A stretch of 64,000 nucleotides of DNA. Origin: the human T2T-CHM13v2.0 reference genome, Homo sapiens. The notes below the pieces were generated by a model. It searched no databases and was not told the origin of the DNA. It saw nothing but the letters and a program-made list of their open reading frames with translations. This document shows, in pieces, positions 58,060 through 64,000 of the stretch (position 1 is the first letter of the stretch; every line of letters starts with the position of its first letter). The DNA lies in the NCBI RefSeq assembly GCF_009914755.1, contig NC_060927.1; one strand, given 5' to 3'. The position numbers and the translations under genes were made by a program.

Positions 58060-60370
58060 GAGAGAGTAAGCAACTTAGAAAACATATTTGAGGATATAGT
58101 CAACAAAAATTTACCCAATCTCACTAAAGAGGTCAACGTGCAAATTTGAGAAATTCAGACAACTGCAAGATACTACACAAGATGACCATCTCCAAGACAC
58201 ATAGTCATTAGACTTTCCAAGGTCGATGTGAAATAAAAAAATCTTAAAAACAGCTGGAGAAAAGGGCCAGCTCACTTACAAAGAAACCCCATCAGATTAA
58301 GAGCAGACATCTCAGCAGGATGCTTATAAGCCAGAAGAGATTGGGGTCTATTTTCAGTATCTTTAGAGAAAAGAAATTCCAACCAAGGATTTCATACTCT
58401 CCAAACTAAGCTTCATAAGCAAAGAGAAATACAATCTTTCCTAAGCAAGCAAACACTAAGAGAATTCATTGCCACTAGGCCAATCTTACCAGAGATCCTT
58501 AAGGGAGTTCTAAATGCGGAAATTTAAGAACAATGTCTGTTACTACAAAGACACACTTAAGACATAGCCCTATAAAGAAACTACACAATCAAGACTATAA
58601 AGCAACCAGCTAATGACATCACAACAGAGTCAAGACTTCACATATCAATATTAATATGGAATTAACCTAAATGTGCCACTTAAAAGGCACAGAGTGGCAA
58701 GTTGGATAAAAGAACAAGACCTAACCATCTGCTGTCTTCCAGAGACCTATCTCACACAGACCTAACAACACACACAGGCTGAAAGTAAAGGGGTGGAAAA
58801 AGATCTATCACACAAACGGAAAACAAAAAAGAGCAGGGGTCACTATTCTTATATCAGGCAAAACAGAATTTAAACGAACAACAATAAAAATGGGACAAAG
58901 AAAAGCATTACATAATGATAAAGGGTTCAAATCAAAAAAAGAATTAACTATCCTAAATATATACATGCCTGACATTGGAGCACTCAGAATAAAAATAAAA
59001 AGTATTTCTAATCCTGTGGAAAGACTTAGCCACTTAATAATAGTTGGAGACTTCAACATCCCACAGACAGTGTTAGATCATCAAGGCAGAAAACTAAGAA
59101 AGGAATTCTGGTCTTAAATGTAATATTTGATCAATTGGGCCTAACAGACATCTACAGACAACTCCACTCAACAACCACAGAATATCCATTTTTCTCATCT
59201 ACATATGGAACGTGCTCTGAGGTCAGCCACATGCTCAACCACAAAACAAGTATCAATAAATTAAAAAATGTCAAAATCATACCAACCATACTCTCACACC
59301 ACAGTGGAATAAAAATAGAAATCAATATCAAGCATGTCTCTGAAAACTATACAATTACATGGAAATTAAACAACTTGATCCTCAATAAGTTTTGGGTAGA
59401 CAATAAAATTAAGGAAGAAATCAAAAACTGTTTAAAATTAATTAAAACAGAGGCATGACATATAAAAATCCCTGAGATCCAGCAAAAACAGTATTAAGAG
59501 AAAAGTTTATAGTGCTAAACACCTACATCAAGAAGTTAGAAAGATCTCAAATTAACAATCTAACATTACACTTAGAAGAACTAGAAAAGGCCGCGCGTGG
59601 TGGCTCACGCCTGTAATCCCAGCACTTTGGGAGCTGAGGGGGGTGGATCACAAGGTCAGGAGTTCAAGACCAGCCTGGCCAGTATGGTAAAACCCTGACT
59701 CTACTAATAATACAAAAATTAGCCAGGTGTGGTGGCGGGTGCCTGTAATCCCAGCTACTCAGGAGGCTGAGGCAAGAGACTCTCTTGAACCCAGGAGGCA
59801 GAGGTTGCAGTGAGCCAAGATGGCACCACTGCACTCCAGCCTGGGCAATAAGAGCTAAAATCCGTCTCAAAAATAAATAAGTAAATAAATAAATAAAAAG
59901 AAGAGGAAGTTGAAGAAGAACTAGAAAAACAAGAATAAACTAACCCCAAAGCCAGCAGAAGAAAATAAATCACTAAAATCAGAGCAGAACTGAATGAAAT
60001 TGAGATCCAAAAATCTATACAAAGCATCAACAAAACCAAAAGGTGACTCCTTGAAAAGACAAACAAGGTCAATAGAGTACTAGCTGGATTAACAAAGAAA
60101 AAAAAAGAGGAGGTTCAAATAACTACAATCAGATATTACACAGGTGACATTACAATTGATCTCACAGAAATACAAAATGTCCTCGGAGACTATTATAAAC
60201 ACCTCTATGCACACACACTAGAAAAATCTAGAAGAGATTGATGAATTCCTGAAAATACACAACCTCCCAAGATTGAATCAGGAGAAATTGAAACCCTAAG
60301 CAAACTAATAACAAGTTCTCAAATTGAATCAGTAATTTTAAAAATCTACCAACAAAAGCAGCCCAGGACC
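58060..60370 (+). mobile_element. Decayed L1 (ORF1 3' part and ORF2 endonuclease region), antisense to CD200R1L
   Basis: Translated fragments LTILNIYMP, IIVGDFN, LTDIYR, WKLNNL; many stops. Confidence 0.92.
59589..59900 (+). mobile_element. AluS in L1
   Basis: Full dimer, (TAAA)n tail, TSD GAAGAACTAGAAAA. Confidence 0.92.
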
Positions 60371-60622
60371 ACTTTTAGGTCACAAAATTTTAGTTTCACT
60401 TCAATCCCAGCCCCCAATTACTCTGAATTCAGCCAGTCACCTAGTCAGTACACCACTGGGATAAGGCAACTCAGAAGGAGTTTTGCTGGATAATGTACAC
60501 ATTTATCACTGCTGCTAGGACAAGTCAAGAAACACCTTATAAGTAAGTAGATCAAGAGTATCCTCATAATCATTGAAAGAAAGCTTTATTTTCAGCTGAA
60601 AATGTCACAGTATCAGACTTAC

Positions 60623-60668
60623 CAGACACCATGATAATGATGGAAATCAGTAATCTTGGAGCTGACAT
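60623..60668 (-). CDS. CD200R1L: CD200R1L signal-peptide exon (MSAPRLLISIIIMVS/A)
   Basis: ATG at 60668-60666; hydrophobic leader; phase-1 donor TCTG|GTAAGT. The peptide matches the CD200R1L N-terminus as I recall it. Confidence 0.9.
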
Positions 60669-61506
60669 CTTCCCTAAAGTATGCTTTTGGAGTGGTTTTC
60701 TACTTAAACATAAATCCACTTTAAATCAATCAACAGACTTGGTGAATCTGTTTCTCTTGGTCACTTTTGCTTATTCTGTCTTCAACAGGATTGCAAAACA
60801 TATTTCTTCATTATCTTGCTTATCTTTAATTTTTGCTGTCATTCTATATGTTTTTGACTGATTAACCACTGATGGGAAATGTCAGTGAGTTTTGCTGTGT
60901 AATAAAGCAAAAAAGCCAATGCTTACTACTCATTGCTTCTCCCACAACATTGAAGTAGCAAGATAAACTATATAACAACTCATTTAAAAAGTAGCATTTT
61001 GAGAGTATAAATTACATATGGTAAAATGAACAAATCTTGAGTGTATGGTTTGATGAATTTCTACCTATATATGCGCTTATCTAATTACTTCCAAAACCAA
61101 GATGTTGATAATTATTATTCAAAGTGTCCTTTGTTCCAAAGTGTCCTTTGTTCCTTCTCTGCTGATATCATCTCCTCCAGAGAGGTTGAGTAAACACTAC
61201 TCAGACTTCTAATAGCTTTAATTCATTCTGACAGTTTTTGAACTTCACATGCATGAAATTCTTTGCAAATTTCAATTTTTAATGCTGTATAGTAAATTTT
61301 CAATAACTATATCACAATTTATTCATCAATTTCTCTGTAGATTTACATTATCCCAGTTTGGGGCTAACATAAAGCTTCTAAGAACATTCTTGTTTTGTAC
61401 ATAATTTTTGGTCTATGTGTACATTCATTTTCTTGGATATACACCTAGGAATTAAATTGTTGGGTTATAAGATAGTCATATGTGTGTCTTTAATAACTAC
61501 TTTCAG

Positions 61507-61865
61507 TCATGGTTGAATAGTGCAACCCCCGCCCAACATTTATTTGTTGAAATTCTAATCCCCAGTACCTCAGAAGATGACCTTATTTGGAAATAGGGTC
61601 ATTGGAGATATAATTAGTTAAGATGTGGCCATGCTGAAATAGATTGGTCCCTAATCCAATATGACTGGCGTCTTTGGTTTATTCTTTTTTTCTTCTTTTG
61701 CACTTCTTAGCTTTTTATGGTGTCCTTATAAAAAGAGGAAAACTGGGCGCATACACAGGAACACCATGTGAAGATAAAAGGCAGAGATCTGAGTGATGTT
61801 TCTTCTACAAGCCAAGGAAAACCAAAGGTTGCCAGGAAACCACTGGAAACTAAGACCGAAGCAAA
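61507..61865 (+). mobile_element. MaLR LTR fragment (MLT1B/C-like), upstream of the CD200R1L signal exon
   Basis: cccagtacctcagaa..gaccttatttggaaatagggtc, ccctaatccaatatgactgg. Confidence 0.75.
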
Positions 61866-63637
61866 GATTCTACCCTTCTGTTTTATAAGATTAAAGATTC
61901 TTTTGATGACAGGACACAACATGAAGACTCTTGGATAGGTGAAAGGCAAACCTCTTTGTTACTTATAGCTCCAAACAAGAGAAGAATTCCATGTAGGGCC
62001 ACACAGTGGTTGCACACAGGGACAGGGTAACAACACACTGGAGCTGTAGAGAGTACCTTATATATGGTAATTGGAGTAGAATTAGGTTTCCTGAGAACCC
62101 TGTGCCTTAGCTAATTTGAATAACTTCACAAGCTCTAGGACATAGCTGTCCATGGGGCTGTTTGTAGTTGTCTGGTACTTAGCCCTGGGCAATTAGGGCA
62201 GGTATATAGTGACATACAGTGTGAGAACCAGATAAGGGAAGAGGCTGGGGGGACTTAAATCAGATATTCAAGAAGGGGAGCTAACTGTTAGGGGCTCAAA
62301 ACTGGGACTAGAAGGCATTTTTTTTTTACATGAAAACTATATTAAAATTGACTTCTTGATCTCCACATTAGTGTTAAGCTTGATTACTTGAATTATTTGG
62401 GTGGCCTAAGTTGTAGAGCAGAGTTTTAGTAAGTAGTGCATACATTGCCCTAAATAGCACACACACACAAAAATTTTATTATTTTCTCCTTAAAAAGGAG
62501 GAAAACAAGTAGGAGTATAAAGAGTCCTTGTAGGCTGGTTCATAACCAAGTTTCACATTGTATGGCCTTAGCCAAGAAAACAGATCCGGGATTTCCAAGA
62601 TCTCTAACAATATCCTGATTGACTTAAAGTATGTTAAAACATGAGCTATATTTTTGTGTGCGTGACGGTAATCTCTTGGTACATTCCAGGGTTCAAGGTG
62701 GCAGGTCCAACAATTATATTTTTGGAGAGTATGAAGTTAGTTAAGTAAGGTATATGTAAAGATTAATGACGTTTGTAACCTAGAGGAAGAGGTAGCAGCT
62801 GTGGGTCATGGGTGCAGGGCAGGATGTTGTGGTGGCAAACTGGAATGGAAAGTGTCAGAGGAGGTAATGGGCAATGGGAGGTCCTCTCTCCAGGGGGTTA
62901 AGTGGTGAACCCATATGAGGCAGTTGCTTCCTGGGGAAAGCAATAATCTCATTAATTATTAGAATGGCTCAAAGAGTAATACACTCTACCAGATTTTCCT
63001 TTAGGCATGGAAGTATAAAGGGGTACACTTTGGCAAAGAACAAGAGTTTAAGCAAATGGTGAACTCAGGAAACGAAACAGAATTTCTTATATCAAAGGAA
63101 GTAAAATGATAAATGTCCTGTGTCCAATTTTTTAGCTCCTTAGGAAAGCCAGCCTATGGATGTTGCTGGGGTGGTGGTCTCAGTGTCCAGGGTGAAGTCG
63201 TTTCTGGGGAAAAGGGCAAATTCATCTTCAAGGTCAAAGTCTTGGGCCGAAGTAATATCATCTATAATGTGAAACTGAAACTGGAACTGTGATGTGGGAC
63301 ATCCTTTTCAAATGATCACAAACTTGAGTTGATGTGGGTCTTATTTTTGTGGCTCTGTGGTACTATAACGAGGCTGAACCACATGTGGAATATGAAGGCA
63401 ATGTTAGGCCTAGGGGCTTGATATGCAAATATCATTTAAGTCAAGGAGCTTTGAGGTGCACAGTTAGCAAAGGTGAGGTCAGTATCCATGATACTGCTGT
63501 TATGTATCAAAGCACTAGAACTGAATGGCATAATTAAAGCCTCAATTAAGTGTGGCTGAATTTAAAATTCCCAACAGCCCAAGGTTTTCAGTTATGAAAT
63601 AGGTTGTGCTGCAAACAGATCTTCAATCAGGGATTTC

Positions 63638-64000
63638 TCTTCCAAGATGGCCAACTAGAAACAGCCAGGAGGAATATCTTCCACTGAGACACCCGGGCAT
63701 TGGAAAGGCTGGCACACTTCTAGCCCTTCTTCAGAGGGAAGGCACTGAGAGCAGATGGAGGGAAGAAGCAGATGCTGGGCTGAAGGGGGAGGAAGATGGA
63801 AATGCTGCATGGAGCTATGGAACACTAGAACTCATTCCTGGCCCCCAGTGACTCCTGCAAGGTGATGATGGGTTAAACAGGCAAGGAGCAACCCAGTTTC
63901 ACCATGGGCCTCTGGAATCCCAGCAGGAGAAGACCCCTGGACCACCACGGACACTTGAACTGATAGAAAGACCTGCTTAGAGAAGTGATAGAAGCAGAGC
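63638..64000 (+). mobile_element. L1 5'UTR (older primate L1), cut by the window end
   Basis: cttccaagatggccaactaga start and GC-richer 5'UTR-like sequence. Confidence 0.6.

Noticed and set aside
58890-59458. Endonuclease-like ORFs
   Set aside because: Fragments of a dead L1 ORF2, not a host gene.
61119-61155. Perfect ~18-bp tandem duplication
   Set aside because: An ordinary slippage event inside an old L1-like fragment.

Overview
Primate (most likely human chr3q13.2) genomic DNA, AT-rich and dense in repeats, with no CRISPR, rRNA or tRNA features. It contains all six coding exons of CD200R1L (activating-type CD200 receptor paralog) on the minus strand: signal exon 60668-60623, linker exon 44329-44264, IgV exon 42629-42312, IgC exon 42186-41939, TM exon with a charged Lys 34829-34706, and terminal exon from 30910 (stop 30900-30898). 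In this sequence the IgC exon is 248 nt instead of 249. The 1-bp deletion (GGC CAC AAG to GGC CCA AGT CTA CTG TGA) gives a premature stop before the TM exon. The most unusual structure is in intron 1: a decayed, intron-containing second IgV+IgC exon pair (44805-45620) is bracketed by a ~372-bp, ~96% identical inverted repeat, which makes it a candidate invertible or looped-out cassette. The gene's stop codon, 3'UTR and poly(A) signal appear to come from an MLT1 (MaLR) LTR. The rest is LTRs (LTR8, LTR17/HERV-W, MER52, MER11, MER21, MER4 group, THE1/MST/MLT), ERV-L internal remnants, L1, L2, MIR, Tigger2a and many Alus. Repeat subfamilies were called by eye from remembered consensus sequences and need RepeatMasker confirmation.
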